The position numbers and the translations under genes are program-made. Shown in pieces: positions 1 through 11,839 of a stretch of 39,625 bases of DNA; position 1 is the stretch's first letter; each line of letters begins with the position of its first letter. The DNA comes from Chiloscyllium plagiosum (Eukaryota). The notes under the pieces are model-generated. The model did not search any database and was not told the DNA's origin. It saw nothing but the letters and a program-made list of their open reading frames with translations. The stretch covers positions 36,201,605 through 36,241,229 of the forward strand of contig NC_057719.1 of the NCBI RefSeq assembly GCF_004010195.1, given 5' to 3'.

Positions 1-798
1 GATTGCCTTTTCTTGTTTCCTTCCTGTCAGTTTGCAGCAATGTCGAATGGAGAATTGTTCCTTTCAGTGTCTAACTCAGCATGTGTCTCCATTTGTCTCT
101 ATTTGTCTCGGTGCATCCACCTCACCCTCTTTCTCTTTCACATTCTCCAACATTCAGTCTGTGCATACACCTCATTACCTATTTCTGCTCGATTAAAAGT
201 TTGACATTTCGAGACAGTTTGAGTGTGCAGCTGCTGAGAAGATTTTTGCTCATTGACTGGAGTGTGTAGATCTGGGCTCACATTCTCCGGATAATGTGTC
301 TGTCAATTCGATCTCAGGTCAGGCGACATTTCCTCCTCAAACATTTGTGACTGTTTCGAATTCAAAGTAGAATTCTGAATCCACCATTAAAAAAACGCAA
401 GTATACTACAACTAAAGAAGCACAACGATGTATATACTGTTGGTTTAAATGAATGAACTTTGACATCAGAAAATGAGAATGATCAGCTGGTGGTGTCTCG
501 GTCATTACCACAAAGTTCTCCGGCAAACCTGCAACACCTCCTGCGTAATTTCGTTATTCCTACCAAACTGGGAATAAAGGAGGGGGGAAAAGAGGATAAG
601 AAGCAGAAGAGCTTGTGGAATAACGGAAAGAAACCATAGGTTTAATTAATAGTTCGGAATTTTTTAAAAAAATCACTGTTGTAACTTAACCTGGAACTCC
701 AAATCATAACAGGGTGAATGTCCAAAAAGACGCTGACTTGGTTGACACGGCATTTGTAAACAGTTGAAACACCAAGACCAAATACAAATGCAACAAAC

Positions 799-872
799 AG
801 GCACCGCTGGGAAGTGAACCCAGGATCGCCTGTTTACGAGACAGGCGCTTTAACCAACTAAGCCACGGCGCC
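799..872 (-). tRNA. TRT-CGT: tRNA-Thr, anticodon CGT (atypical T-loop; may be a pseudogene)
   Basis: Minus strand reads GGCGCCGTGGCTTAGTTGGTTAAAGCGCCTGTCTCGTAAACAGGCGATCCTGGGTTCACTTCCCAGCGGTGCCT (74 nt). It folds as a cloverleaf with acceptor stem GGCGCCG/CGGTGCC, anticodon arm CCTGT-CTCGTAA-ACAGG and T stem CTGGG/CCCAG. It closely resembles vertebrate tRNA-Thr genes. Confidence 0.92.
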
Positions 873-1061
873 GCCGGTCTCAAGCATTTACTCATCCATA
901 TGTGAAGTTGGTTAACCACTTCTTCACAGTACTTGGAAATGTGTTTTCGGATCAATGTTGCTCACAGAGAATTGCAATCTGTCCTCTAATTTACAAATTA
1001 GGGGTTGAGTTGCTTTCCTGAACCTTTCAGCTCCTCAGCACGGACATACAGCCATGATACC

Positions 1062-1195
1062 AATGGGGGAGTTCCAGTATTTACACTCAGCGACACTGAA
1101 GGATCAGCGAGATACTTCCAACTCAGAAAGGTGATATGATTGGAGGTGGATTTGCGGTAGTTGTTTCCCGTGTATCAGCTGTCATTGTCCTGATA
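1062..1195 (-). mobile_element. Decayed CR1/L2-group LINE 3' fragment
   Basis: Similar to the reverse complement of the LINE fragment at about 20040-20130 in this window (cagcgacactgaagga...ttggaggtggatttgc). Confidence 0.55.
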
Positions 1196-2072
1196 GACGG
1201 ACGGAAAAGATCACTGGACCGATTCTGGCAGGATCCGGGTGTGTGCTCTGCACGCAAGCAGGAATTAGTTTTCCTTCGAATAATTCAGAAAACGAGAAAA
1301 GGTATCTTCATTATCTGCGTGGGAATTATATTCAGGTCTGTGTGATGAAAACTCGGACTCCTCAGCAGGGACCTCCAGTGATGCTGACTGGAAACTTTGT
1401 GACCTGACTTGTATACACTCTTGTGTCTGTCGTTGACTCCATAACCAACTCCAGCAGCAACGTTGCCTTCCCCAAGTTTCGAAACAGTTCATATTATTGC
1501 CTTGTGTTTCAATGTGAAAAAAGCGGAGCTGTGATAATCTGATGTCGTTCAGCAGATGTGCTGGAGGAAGGCACAGAACAGGCTGATGGTCACAGTGCCT
1601 CGTTTTGACGCGCTGGCTTCTAGTGAGCGAGCGGCACTAATAAGCGAGCCGTTCAACTCGTCTTATTCTAGATCCGGGGCTAGAAATAAACAGAGTTTTC
1701 TCGCTGAACTTTTTCAGTCTCTTAAAGGGAAGAGCCCTTGACTCAAATTATGCAAGTACATTTCACTGAAGTGGATGATGAACTCGTGTAGTGACTGTGA
1801 ATATAACAATGGAAACTTTCAGCAGAGATCCTGACAACACTGAAGGGGGCACCTGAAGACAAATGCGTTTCTTTTTTAGGAAAAGGCACTGCTTCACAAA
1901 GTGGGACTTATTGAATTAATGCAGTGACGCTGATTACCTTTGCTAGTTCTTCACCTTCTCAATCTTATTTCTCCCGATCTGAATGTCTGCATTGCACTTA
2001 GTAAAAGCTGAGAGGAAGTCGGCACTCGGTCGGCCCAGTGTTGTAATGGATAACAACATAAACCCTTGTGTT

Positions 2073-2482
2073 TCGAAGATTGAGAGGGGATCTGATTGAG
2101 ACGTGTAAGATTATGAAAGGATTGGACACTCTGGAGGGAGGAAACATGTTTCCGCTGATGGGTGAGTGCCGAACCAGAGGACACAGTTTAAAAATACGGG
2201 GTAGATCATTTAGGACAGAGCTCAGGAGAAATTTCTTCACCCAGAGAGTGGTGGCTGTGTGGAATGCTCGCCCCAGAGGGCAGTAGAGGCCCACTCTCTG
2301 GATTCATTTAAGAAGGAGTTGGATAGAGCTCTCAAAGATAGTGGAATCAAGGGTTATGGAGATAAGGCAGGAAGAGGATACTGATTAGGAATGATCAGCC
2401 ATGATTATATTGAATGGCGGTGCAGGCTCGAAGGGCTGAATGGCCTACTCCTGCACCTATTGTCTATTGTCTATTGTCTATT
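2073..2482 (+). mobile_element. CR1 LINE, 5'-truncated 3' end with (ctattgt)n tail
   Basis: Translates to RRLRGDLIETCKIMKG...RTRGHSLKI...RRNFFTQRVVAVWN, the CR1 ORF2 C-terminus. A 3' UTR and a tandem ctattgt tail follow at about 2456-2482. Confidence 0.93.
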
Positions 2483-3115
2483 CTGTGCAATTTTGGCCAA
2501 AAAACTGAAGTAAAAGCTACAACAAAACAAATGTTCCAAAACAAAATACTCAATCAAACCTTTCAAAATTTGACCAAAACATTAAATAAACCATCCTTGC
2601 ACATTTCCTGCATTCTTGTCTTTAGTGTGCCATTGTCTGTCCTAGAGCTCCTATACAGAACTATCGCAGAACCACCACACCCCCCCAACCCCCCTACCCC
2701 CTCAGCATGGCTCATATAACTTTCAGCTGGGAGACTTCAGATTAACAAGGTGTCAAGACCTAGTTGTGAATTGCATCATCTTGGCATGGGTAACAATAGC
2801 CTGGGCTGAGGGATTAAATAACAATAACAGGGGCACTGGTGAGGAGGGAGTGTGATTGCTGAAAGAAGATGACATTTTTGTGCTCCCTAATGATAGGACT
2901 ACTCCCTGTAATGGTGTTGTAACCATCCTATCATTGTACTAGAGAAAAGTCTGCTAAATTGCTGTGACACTGTACAGACACAATGAAAGAAGTCTAAGCT
3001 TTCAATGTAACATTCAGTCAATGGGTGACTCCTGCTTGCATTGCAATGGAAATTGAGACAGTGACCAGCAAATGTGTTTAGATAGAAATGGAATTGGCCA
3101 CCACTCACAAGGTGA

Positions 3116-3443
3116 GATTACAGAATCTCTACAGTGTGGAAGCAGGCCATTTGATCCATCGAGTTACACCAATCCTCTGAAGGACATCCAACCCTACCCT
3201 ATCCTGTAAAGCTGCATTTCCCAGGCTAATCCAAATAGCCTATACGTCCCTGGACACTATGGGTAATTTGGCATGGCCAATCCATCCCTGGACTATGTGA
3301 GGAAACCGGAGCACCTACAGGAAACCTATGCAAACATGGGGTGAATGTGCAAACATCACACAGACAATTGCCCAAGGCTGGAATCAAACTCCGATCCCTG
3401 TTGCTATGAGCCAGCAGTGCTAACCACTGAGCCACGGTGCCGC
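3116..3443 (-). mobile_element. HE1-type tRNA-derived shark SINE
   Basis: Minus strand starts GCGGCACCGTGGCTCAGTGGTTAGCACTGCTG. Its body is homologous to the copies at 16843, 19569 and 22577. Confidence 0.88.
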
Positions 3444-4264
3444 TCCAATGGCTGAGCTTCAATCATTTCTTAAAGTCAAGTGAAAGATGAATGCCAATTC
3501 CTCCCAGCTTATTGATAGTAACTGTAGGTTTCCTGCCAGAAATGGCAATTCACCAAGCATTTTCATTAATCTTCTCTTACATGTTACTCTTCCCATCTGG
3601 CTTCTCTGCAACAGAACTCATGTGTATCATAGATTCGTAGATTCATACAGCGCAGAACAGGCCCTTTGGCCCATCAAGTCTGCACTTGTCCTAAATCCTT
3701 GAATGTTATGATAACATTACTTTGCTGTCTAGCAAGCTAACGCCTGTGTTAGCTATTCCCCTCCGTGCATACAGGCCAACCATGTCTGGTGTCTCACCTT
3801 GTGCTATGAACGTACTCTCTAAAGTATGTGCAGTGTCAGTATCTGAGCTGGCTGGTTGTGAGCATGAGATCGACTTCCAACATTTTGTCTTTCCTTCCTG
3901 TCTCACTTCTTGCATCTTCATAATTTTCTTGACAGGAAGAAAATCTCATTATCCAAAAGAAGATAGATATAAATGGCAAGTTACGAGGAAGAAAGGGAAA
4001 GACAGAGACTCAGGCTTAGACTATCTGAGACTTGTAATTTGGAAGAGGTTTTGAGTTGAGGGGGAAGTGAGATGTGAAGATACCATTATCTTTGATAGTT
4101 TGAGCCATGTCACAGTTTATGGCCTCAGTCCTGTCCACTCAAATGATGATAAGCACCAACTCTTCTGATTGGCTGAGGATATGTGACTGTGCCAGTCATG
4201 CACTGATTAGATGCTATGCCTTGGGTCATGAGGCACCAGGTATCAGGAGGGAGACAGAGAGTCA

Positions 4265-4764
4265 GTGTAATGCAGCTGGTCAAACCACTTGACTTTCAGC
4301 AAATCAGAATTTATTTGAACACTACAGTTGAAACACAGACAAAGGAAAACAGAATTCAGAATAGCTTAACCTTTTGAAAACTGAACCAATTTGGTACAAC
4401 AACCTAACTAAGGAGCAGTTCCAATTCCCATGACTTCCCACAAACATATCCCTTGGCAAAAGGTAAATTCAAGCACTGGTTCTTACAGGAAGGAGAGATT
4501 TCAGAGAGAAAGCCAGGCAAGAATCATCTGCCAATGCATGGAACCTTTTCTCTGCACAGCTTCTGTGTTTATTACCACAGTAACTTCTCTGCTAAAACCA
4601 AACCAAACTAAAAAAAACCTGAACTCGGAGGACTGGCCACTCACCTGCCATTGTTAAACTAGGCTCTTTCCCAGACATTTTGGCACCTCTGCCTTTATGA
4701 CCTATCTTTTTAAAAAAAAACTCAACGACAATATAACCTTGTTAAAGGGGCGGCCAGATCGACA
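4265..4764 (-). mobile_element. Partial LTR-like repeat related to 31994-32625
   Basis: Shares blocks with the 32-kb element: ctggtcaaac, aatttattt(g/a)aacactacagtt and cc(c/t)ttggcaaaa. Confidence 0.5.
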
Positions 4765-5094
4765 AATCGAGATATTGCAGCAGATATTACAGTCTCTACA
4801 GAAAATAACAATGGCATTGAATGCTACCATAAGGTTCAAAAGTATTCAAGAATTTAATTTGGGCTTTGGATAAAATGAATCTTTTTCCAGGACCCAGAGA
4901 GTTAGGAAATAAAGCTGTAAACCAAGACTGGCATCTTATATGTCCAAAGAGAACTTACTGAGAAGTTGGGGGCTGGTTATAAAATTATTGTGATGGTGCG
5001 AGTTAGCATGCTCATCATTCTCCAGCCATCACCAGCATTTTATCTTCGAGGGCTTGACCACCCTTGTGCCAATTGAGATCCTTAATGATATAAC

Positions 5095-5328
5095 AACCTA
5101 AAGCATAGGAGCAGCAGGAGGCCATTCAGCTTATTTAATGTGCTCTGCAGGTTAATGAGACCATGGCTAACCTGTTAATCCTCAACTCCACTTTCCTGCT
5201 TTTCCACATGCCCTTTGATTCCCTCACTAATTAAAAACTTGTCTTATTTCAGCCTTAAATATTATCAATGACAGCCTTCTGCAATAAATAATTTATATGG
5301 ATATCTATAGATTCACCACCCACTGAGA
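5095..5328 (-). mobile_element. Older CR1 LINE 3' end (outer element, part 1)
   Basis: CR1 3' UTR on the minus strand (ataggagcag...ggccattcagc) ends at attcaccacccactgaga. It resumes at about 6372 with gaatagattcctcctcatctctgtcttaaatg. Confidence 0.75.
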
Positions 5329-6371
5329 TCCATAGAGTCATAGAGATGTACAGCACAGAAACAGACTCTTTGGTCAACTCGTTCATACTGTCCAGATATC
5401 CTAAATAGATCTAGTCCCATTTGCCAGCTTTTGGCCCATATCCCTGTAAACTCTTCCTAGTCATAAACCCATCCAGATGCCTTTTAAAAGTTGCAATTGT
5501 ACCAATCTCCACCACTTGCTCTGGCAGCTCATTCTTAACATGCACCATCCTCTGTGTGAAATATTTGCTCCTTAGGTCCCTTTTAAATCTTTCCCCTCTC
5601 ACTTTAAACCTATGGCCTGTGGTTTTGGATTCCCCTACCCTGGGGAAAAGACGTTGACTATTCGCCCTATCTGTCCCCCTCATGATTTTATAAACCTCTA
5701 TGAGGTCACCCCTCAGCCTCAGACTTAAGAGAAAATAGCTCCAACCCAATCACCTTGTCCTGTAGCAAACCCTCTAACACTGGCAATTTCCTTGTGAATC
5801 GTTTCTGAACCCTTTCAAGTTTAACAACTTCCTTTCTATAGTAGGGAGACCAGAATCGAGTGCAATGTCCTGTATAGCTGCAACATGACCTCCCAACTCC
5901 TAAACTCAAGGCACTGATCAACAAAAGCATGCATAGCAAATGCCTTCTTCGCTATCCTGTCTATTTGCGACTCCACTTTCAAGGAACTGTGAACCTGCAC
6001 CCCAAGGGCCCTTTGTTCAGCAATACTCTCCAGGACCTTACCATTAAGTGTATATGCTCTGTTTTGATTTACACTACCAACATGTAGCACTTCACATTTG
6101 TTCATTTGATCAAGGTCCCATTGAACTCTGAGGTAACCTCCTTTGGAGTTCGCAACACCACCAATTTTGGTATCATCCACAAATTTACTAACCATACCTC
6201 CTATATTCACATCCAAACTATTTTTATAGATGACAAAAAGAGGTGACTCAACAGTGATCCCTGTGGCACAGCACTGGTCACAAACCTCCAGTCTGAAAAG
6301 TAATCCTCCACCACCATCCTCTGTCTCCTAACTTCCAGCCAATTTTGTATCCAATTGGCTAGTTCTCCCTG
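5329..6371 (-). mobile_element. CR1 LINE (RT C-terminal half to 3' tail) nested in an older CR1
   Basis: ORF remnants SKFVDDTKIGG, NKCEVLHVG, VKLERVQKRFTR and LRGDLIEVYKIMRG, with a catagag-type tail at 5330-5345. Confidence 0.93.
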
Positions 6372-6775
6372 GAGAATAGATTCCTCCTCATCTCTGTCTT
6401 AAATGTATGACCACTGACTTTGAGATTATGCCCTCTGGTCCTGGACTGTCTCACAAATGGATACAACCCTAGTACATCTACCTTGTCAAGCCTCCCAAGA
6501 ATTCGATAAGATTGCCCCACTTACTTTTTAAACTCTAATGAATACAGGCTTAACCTACTCAATCTCTCCTCCTATGAAAATCCCTCCTTTCCCAGGATCA
6601 CCTGAGTGAACCTTGACTGGACTACCTCCGATGCCAGTGTATCATTCCTTAGATAAGGGACCCAAAACTGTTCACAGTATTCTGGATGTGGTCTGACTAG
6701 TGCCTTTTATAGTTTTAGTAAAACTTCCCTATTTTCATACTCTTCTCCTTTTGAAATAAAGGCCAATATTCAAAT
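6372..6775 (-). mobile_element. Older CR1 LINE (outer element, part 2)
   Basis: Continues CR1 ORF2 C-terminal sequence collinear with the copy at 17800-18200. Confidence 0.75.
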
Positions 6776-7139
6776 CCTTCCCAGTTTTTTGTTGAGCTTG
6801 GATGCCAGCTTTTTGTTATTCATTATGGTCATGTGTGTGATCTTCCTGCTGCTGCTGGGATTTTATCAGATGCAGGTGAGTCCTCAACCTTGTGGGGAGA
6901 CAGTCAGATTTACCCTGGTAGTTTCCTTACTCACTTGGCTGAGGGTACTGTCCTTGTGTGGTCCAGACAGAATTTCTTTGATGTCGATGGTTGACCCAGC
7001 TGAAAGGGAGACCCCTCTCTGCTCATGACCAATGCCTCTCTTTTCTGAGTCTGCCTCATTGACCTGGGCAAGCCCGACTCAACTGGTTATACACTCCATG
7101 GTGTCCGCGGGACTGGCTGCAGTCTCAGCAGTAGCTGAG

Positions 7140-7687
7140 AAGAACAAGGGCAGGATTTACACAGTTAATGGTAGGGTCCTGGGAAGTGTTGTAGAACAGA
7201 GAGACCTAGGAATTCAGGCACATATTTCATTGAAAGTTGCGTCACAGGAGAATGGTAAAGAAGGCATTTGGAACACTTGCCTTTAGTGCTCAGATTACTG
7301 AGTTTGGATATTATGTTGCATTTGTACAAGATGTTGGTGAGGCCACTTTTGGAGTACTGTGTACTGTTCTGGTCACCCCGCTTTATGAAGGATATTATTA
7401 ATCTGGAAAACATTGCAGAAAACACTTGCAAGGATGTTACCAGGACTGGAGGGTTTGAGCTATAAGGAGAGAATGAATAAGCTGGGATCTTTTCCCACTG
7501 AAACAGAGAAGGTTGAGTGGTGACCTTATAGAGGTTCATAAAATCATGAGGGGGATAGATGAGGTGAATAGCAAAGGTCTTTCCCCAAACTAGAAGACAT
7601 AATTTTAAGGTGAGAGGAGAAAGATTTCAAAGGGACCTGCAGGCAAGTATTTTTCACACAGAGGGTGGTTTGTATATAGAATGAACT
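7140..7687 (+). mobile_element. CR1 LINE 3' region, part 1 (interrupted by a Penelope-like element)
   Basis: YTVNGRVLGSVVEQRDLG and LYKMLVRPLLEYCVLFWSP motifs. It ends at agaatgaact, which is repeated at 8712-8721. Confidence 0.9.
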
Positions 7688-8711
7688 AGGTTGTAAGTTT
7701 GCTTGCTGAGCTGGTAAATTTGTTCTCAGACATTTTGCCACCATGCTAGGTAATGTCATCAGGGAGGCTCCGGTGTTTTATCCTGCTTGCAATTTATGTG
7801 TCTTAGTCTGTTGTGGTAGGTGATAACACTTCCGGTTCTTTTTCTGCGAGGTTGATAAATGGGGTTCAAATTGATATGTTTGTTAGTGAAGTTCCAGTTT
7901 GAATGCCAACCCGTTGTTCCTGAATATGTGGTATAGGTTGTAAACATTATGATATCACCCACAATGATGGAACGTCTGAGAACAAATCGATCAACTCAGC
8001 ATCAACATCTGCCGATTCCTACACAACAGATTGAAACAAGAAGACACAACATACCCAGAGACTCTAGCCACCCTGCCATACATTCACGACATCTCAGAGA
8101 TGACGACCAGACTACTCTGGCCCCTAGGCATCATTCTAGCCCACAAACCTACCACCACACTGAACAGCTCCTGATGAATTTAAAGGACTCCATACCAACA
8201 ACCAGCAGAACGAACGTCATATACAAAATATCCTGCAAGGACCATACAACAAGCATTATATTAGACAGACGAGCAGGAAAGTAGTCACCAGGATACATGA
8301 GCACCAATTAGCCACCAAAAAACATGACCAACTATCACTAGTATCCATATACACAGACGAAGAGGGACACCAGTTCTACTGGGACAATACATCCATCCTG
8401 GGGCATGCTAAACAAAGACATTCACGGGAATTCCTAGAGGCCTGGCATTCAAACCGGAACGCCATGAACAAACATCGATTTGGACCCCTTTTACCAACCT
8501 CTCAGAAAAAGAATCAGAAGTGATATCACCTACCACAGAGACTAAGTCACACAAATAGCAAACGGGACAGAACACCAGTGCTTCACCGGAAGCTCCCTGA
8601 TGATGTTACCGAGCACAGTGATGAAACATCTGAGAACAAATCGATCAGCTCAGCGTGCAAACTTACAACCTGATCCGCAACCTGAGCTACATATCTTCTC
8701 CAAAATCGCAG
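7688..8711 (+). mobile_element. Penelope-like element (Poseidon-type): inverted pseudo-LTR + decayed GIY-YIG region + pseudo-LTR, 10-bp TSD
   Basis: TSD agaatgaact lies at 7678-7687 and 8712-8721. GIY-YIG remnant LMNLKDSIPTTSRTNVIYKISCKD is present. 7688-~7910 is the reverse complement of the 3' end at about 8440-8670. Confidence 0.9.
8597..8630 (+). ncRNA. Degenerate minimal hammerhead ribozyme motif in PLE pseudo-LTR
   Basis: CTGATGA-tgttaccgagcacagtgat-GAAA-ca-TC. Stem II is imperfect and the CG appears to have decayed to CA. Confidence 0.6.
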
Positions 8712-8912
8712 AGAATGAACTGCCAGAGGAAGTGGTAGATGCAGGTTCAGTTAGAACATTTAAAAGACATTTGGACAAGTAAATGTATAGGAAAGGTTTA
8801 GAAGTATAACAGTGAAATGTAGACAAATGGGACTGGTTTAGTTTAGGAAACCTGGTCGGCATGGACGAGTTGGACCGAACGGTTTGTCTCCGTGCTGGAC
8901 GGCTGTATGACC
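8712..8912 (+). mobile_element. CR1 LINE 3' end, part 2
   Basis: NELPEEVVDAGSVRTFKRHLDK followed by the CR1 3' UTR. Confidence 0.88.
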
Positions 8913-9290
8913 CTGTGGTTAATGATGTCACTCTGCTGCTGCTCCCTTTGCAACTAGGCTTCTGGATCCATGTCTCCTGGACTTCGAGAATGTTGCTACC
9001 TGCTTTCAAGTTTGGCAGCAGGGGAGGTCTTTTCTGTGCTCACACTTTGTTTCCAGGGCTGAATCAATTTCCATCATTCAGATATTGGATGCAGGAGCAT
9101 TCCCTGTAATTTTTCTGCTCCGTGCGCAGCAACGACTTCTGGAAGCAGATGTCATGCAGTGGCATAACAGCATAGTGGGAATGTGACTAGTATGTGAGGG
9201 ACTAAGTTCACCTTTCAGAAACTCTGCAAGCAACTGTTTTCTGGTTGGATGCCATAGCCTTAAAAGTTTGCTTATGCAGGATGAAATGAT

Positions 9291-10271
9291 TTTTGAGATT
9301 TGTAGCTCAGGTTGAGGTTTTGGATGTAGGTTTGCTCGCTGAGCTAGAAGTTTCATTTCCAGGCATTTTGTTACCCTACTAGGTAACATCTTCAGTGGGC
9401 CTCAGACGAAGCAATGCTGAAAATTCCTGCTTTCTATTTATATGTTTGGGTTTCTTTGGGTTGGTAATGTCATTTCCTGAGGTGATGTTATTTCCTGTGG
9501 TGAAGTCACTTCCTGTTCCTTTTCTCAGAGGGTGGTAGATGGGATCTAACCCGATGTGTTTGTTGATAGAGTTCCAGTTGGAATGCCATGCTTCTAGGAA
9601 TTCTCGTGCGTGTCTTTGTTTGGCTTGTCCTAGGATGGATGTGTTGTCCCAGTCGAAGTGGTGTCCTTCCTCATCCATATGTGAGGATACTTGTGACAGA
9701 GGGTCCTGTCTTTTTGTGGCTAGTTGGTATTCATGTATCCTGGTGGGTAGTTTTCTTCGTGTTAGTCCAATGTAGTGTTTGTTACAGTCCTTGCATGGTA
9801 TTTTGTAAATGACATTAGTTTTGCTTGTTGTCTGTATAGGGTCCTTCAAGTTCATTAGCCACTGCTTTAGTGTGTTGGTGGGTTGGTGTGCTACCATGAT
9901 GTCAAGGGGTCTGAGTAGTCTGGCAGTCATTTCCGAGATGTCTTTGATGTAGGGGAGAGTGGCTAGGGTTTCTGGATGTGCTTTGTCTGCTTGTTTGGGT
10001 TTGTTGCTGAGAAATCGGCGGACTGTGTTCATTGGGTACCCATTACTTTTGAATACGCGGTATAGGTGATTTTCATCTGCTCTACGTAGTTCCTTTATGT
10101 GTCTCCACCACAGGAAATGACATTACCAACCCAAAGAAACCCAAACATATAACTAGAAAGCAGGAATTTTCAGCATTGCTGCATCTGAGGCCCATTGAAG
10201 ATGTTACCTTGTAGGGTAATGAAATGTCTGAAAATGAGCCTTCCAGTGCAGCGAACAAACCTACATCCAAA
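9291..10271 (-). mobile_element. Penelope-like element (Poseidon-type) with inverted pseudo-LTR and 13-bp TSD
   Basis: TSD aggatgaaatgat lies at 9278-9290 and 10272-10284. About 10088-10271 is an inverted copy of about 9320-9500. Confidence 0.93.
9379..10032 (-). pseudogene. PLE ORF C-terminal fragment: RT thumb/linker + GIY-YIG endonuclease (217-aa open frame, 5'-truncated)
   Basis: LPYIKDISE, NVIYKIPCKDCNKHYIG (GIY-YIG with CxxC), RIHE, HHFDWDNTSIL and REFLEAW. Confidence 0.9.
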
Positions 10272-11022
10272 AGGATGAAATGATATCAACAATGTTGCAA
10301 CAATTAAAATCATAATTTGTTAAAGAGAACACATGCTTCCTTTACCTCACAAACTAAAAGAGGGTGCCAACCATTTCTTATGAAGATATGAGTGTTCCAT
10401 TTGGTGACAGACCAGCTGTTTGTTTCAATTCTTATTTCTTTATAGTTAATTGTTTCTTGTTGTATGGTTGAGTGGTTTGACTGCCCTGACTTTGCCAATA
10501 GAATTATGGACTCCATTAGACTATGTTATGAAATTCAAATGTTGTGCCTTTCCTCTTGTCAGCCACTTACTTCAAGTTCGAAGATAGTTTTTTCTCCCTG
10601 TGCCTTAAGGCCCTTTTTTGACCTGGAACTCTAACCTACTGAATTTGTGTCTGTACTTTAATGCACTCTTGGGTCAGGATTTTACAGAGTGGAAGGGCAT
10701 CAGAAAGCTGGAGGTATACTTCACCACTGCCAGTCAGAGAAGCTCCAACTGAGATTGATCATGATCAGACAATTAACTACCTGCAGCCAGGGTCTCCCTC
10801 CCAAATTGTTCGTAACCAAAAGAAGAGGCTAGCATTCTCACATCTCAACAGTGCCACCGGATGCATTTATCTAAATTAAACTTAGCCCATTGCATGGGAA
10901 AGCAGCTTCCAAACCCACATTTAAAACTTATGATTGGTTGCAATGCAGAATATATGCTTTAGTTCAGCCAATTTTAAAATTCAGTTAAAATAAGCCAATA
11001 CAACTTGATTGTTTATCATACG

Positions 11023-11832
11023 CAGTGTTCACCTCTAACCCAAGGTGTGTGCTCAGTTTTAGGTTAGAAATTAGTGCTATCTTTGCTTTTATTTGAGCTA
11101 AAAGATACATTCTTGGCTAGTAATACCGATATGTGACAAGCCTGGACCATCTCAAAAGGAATTGAAACGTACAAGATCCACATAAAATGCGTAAATTAAT
11201 TTCTGTTAACTTCTGTGAAAGATAATAACACTTTCCTTATATGTCACCACAACAATGGTACAAAGAAGATTCAGGGATAGTTTTCCCTTCAACAGCATGC
11301 TTCGGACAAAGAAAGTTGACAAGGTGAAGCCAGTTTTTGAAAGGTCAACAATGCAACACTTCTTTTTAACAAAACCAGCAGTAAAATTAAGGTTTGCACT
11401 GAAGCACCATTTGAAATTGCTATCTTCCTGCAAAACACAAGAAATCATTCACATATGGTGAAGTAATTAAAGATGCAATGATTGTGGTCACTGACTCTTT
11501 AGTCAAAGACTTCAACACATCAAAGAAATAAGAATAGCAATCCAGAGAATGTTATTTAGTGCTTCCAAAATTTCAAAACACATGGAATCTTTATCCAAAG
11601 ACATTTTTCAGTAACTATAGCAGGACCTGAAGGACTGTGAATGCTTCCCACTGCAGTTCAATTAATCTATTTACATGACCAGCACAGCACAACTGATTAT
11701 GTTTGTGTGTTTTGTCTTAGGACATAATATCAAAAAAAGCTTGTCATGCTTTAATCCCTTAAAGATAGAACAAGGGGCAAAGATATTTACAACAAATTCA
11801 AAAGGTACATGTTTGAGAAAAACATGAATATA
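11023..11832 (+). mobile_element. Decayed hAT (Buster/Charlie-like) DNA transposon with transposase remnant
   Basis: Begins cagtgttcacctctaa, a hAT-like terminus. Frameshifted translation includes DCECFPLQFN*SIYMTSTAQLIMFV and PLKDRTRGKDIYNKFK, resembling the FSLxxDESTD..AQL..F and T.G.DI motifs. Confidence 0.7.
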
Positions 11833-11839
11833 GGGAAAG

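Noticed and set aside
1530..1745. CpG-island promoter or first exon
   Set aside because: CpGs are locally frequent, but the stretch is short, only moderately GC-rich and has no supportable gene structure.
10670..10930. Non-autonomous Harbinger-like repeat (similar starts near 16438 and 25297)
   Set aside because: Only a short gg..ggatttt motif is shared. No matching second terminus or TSD could be identified.
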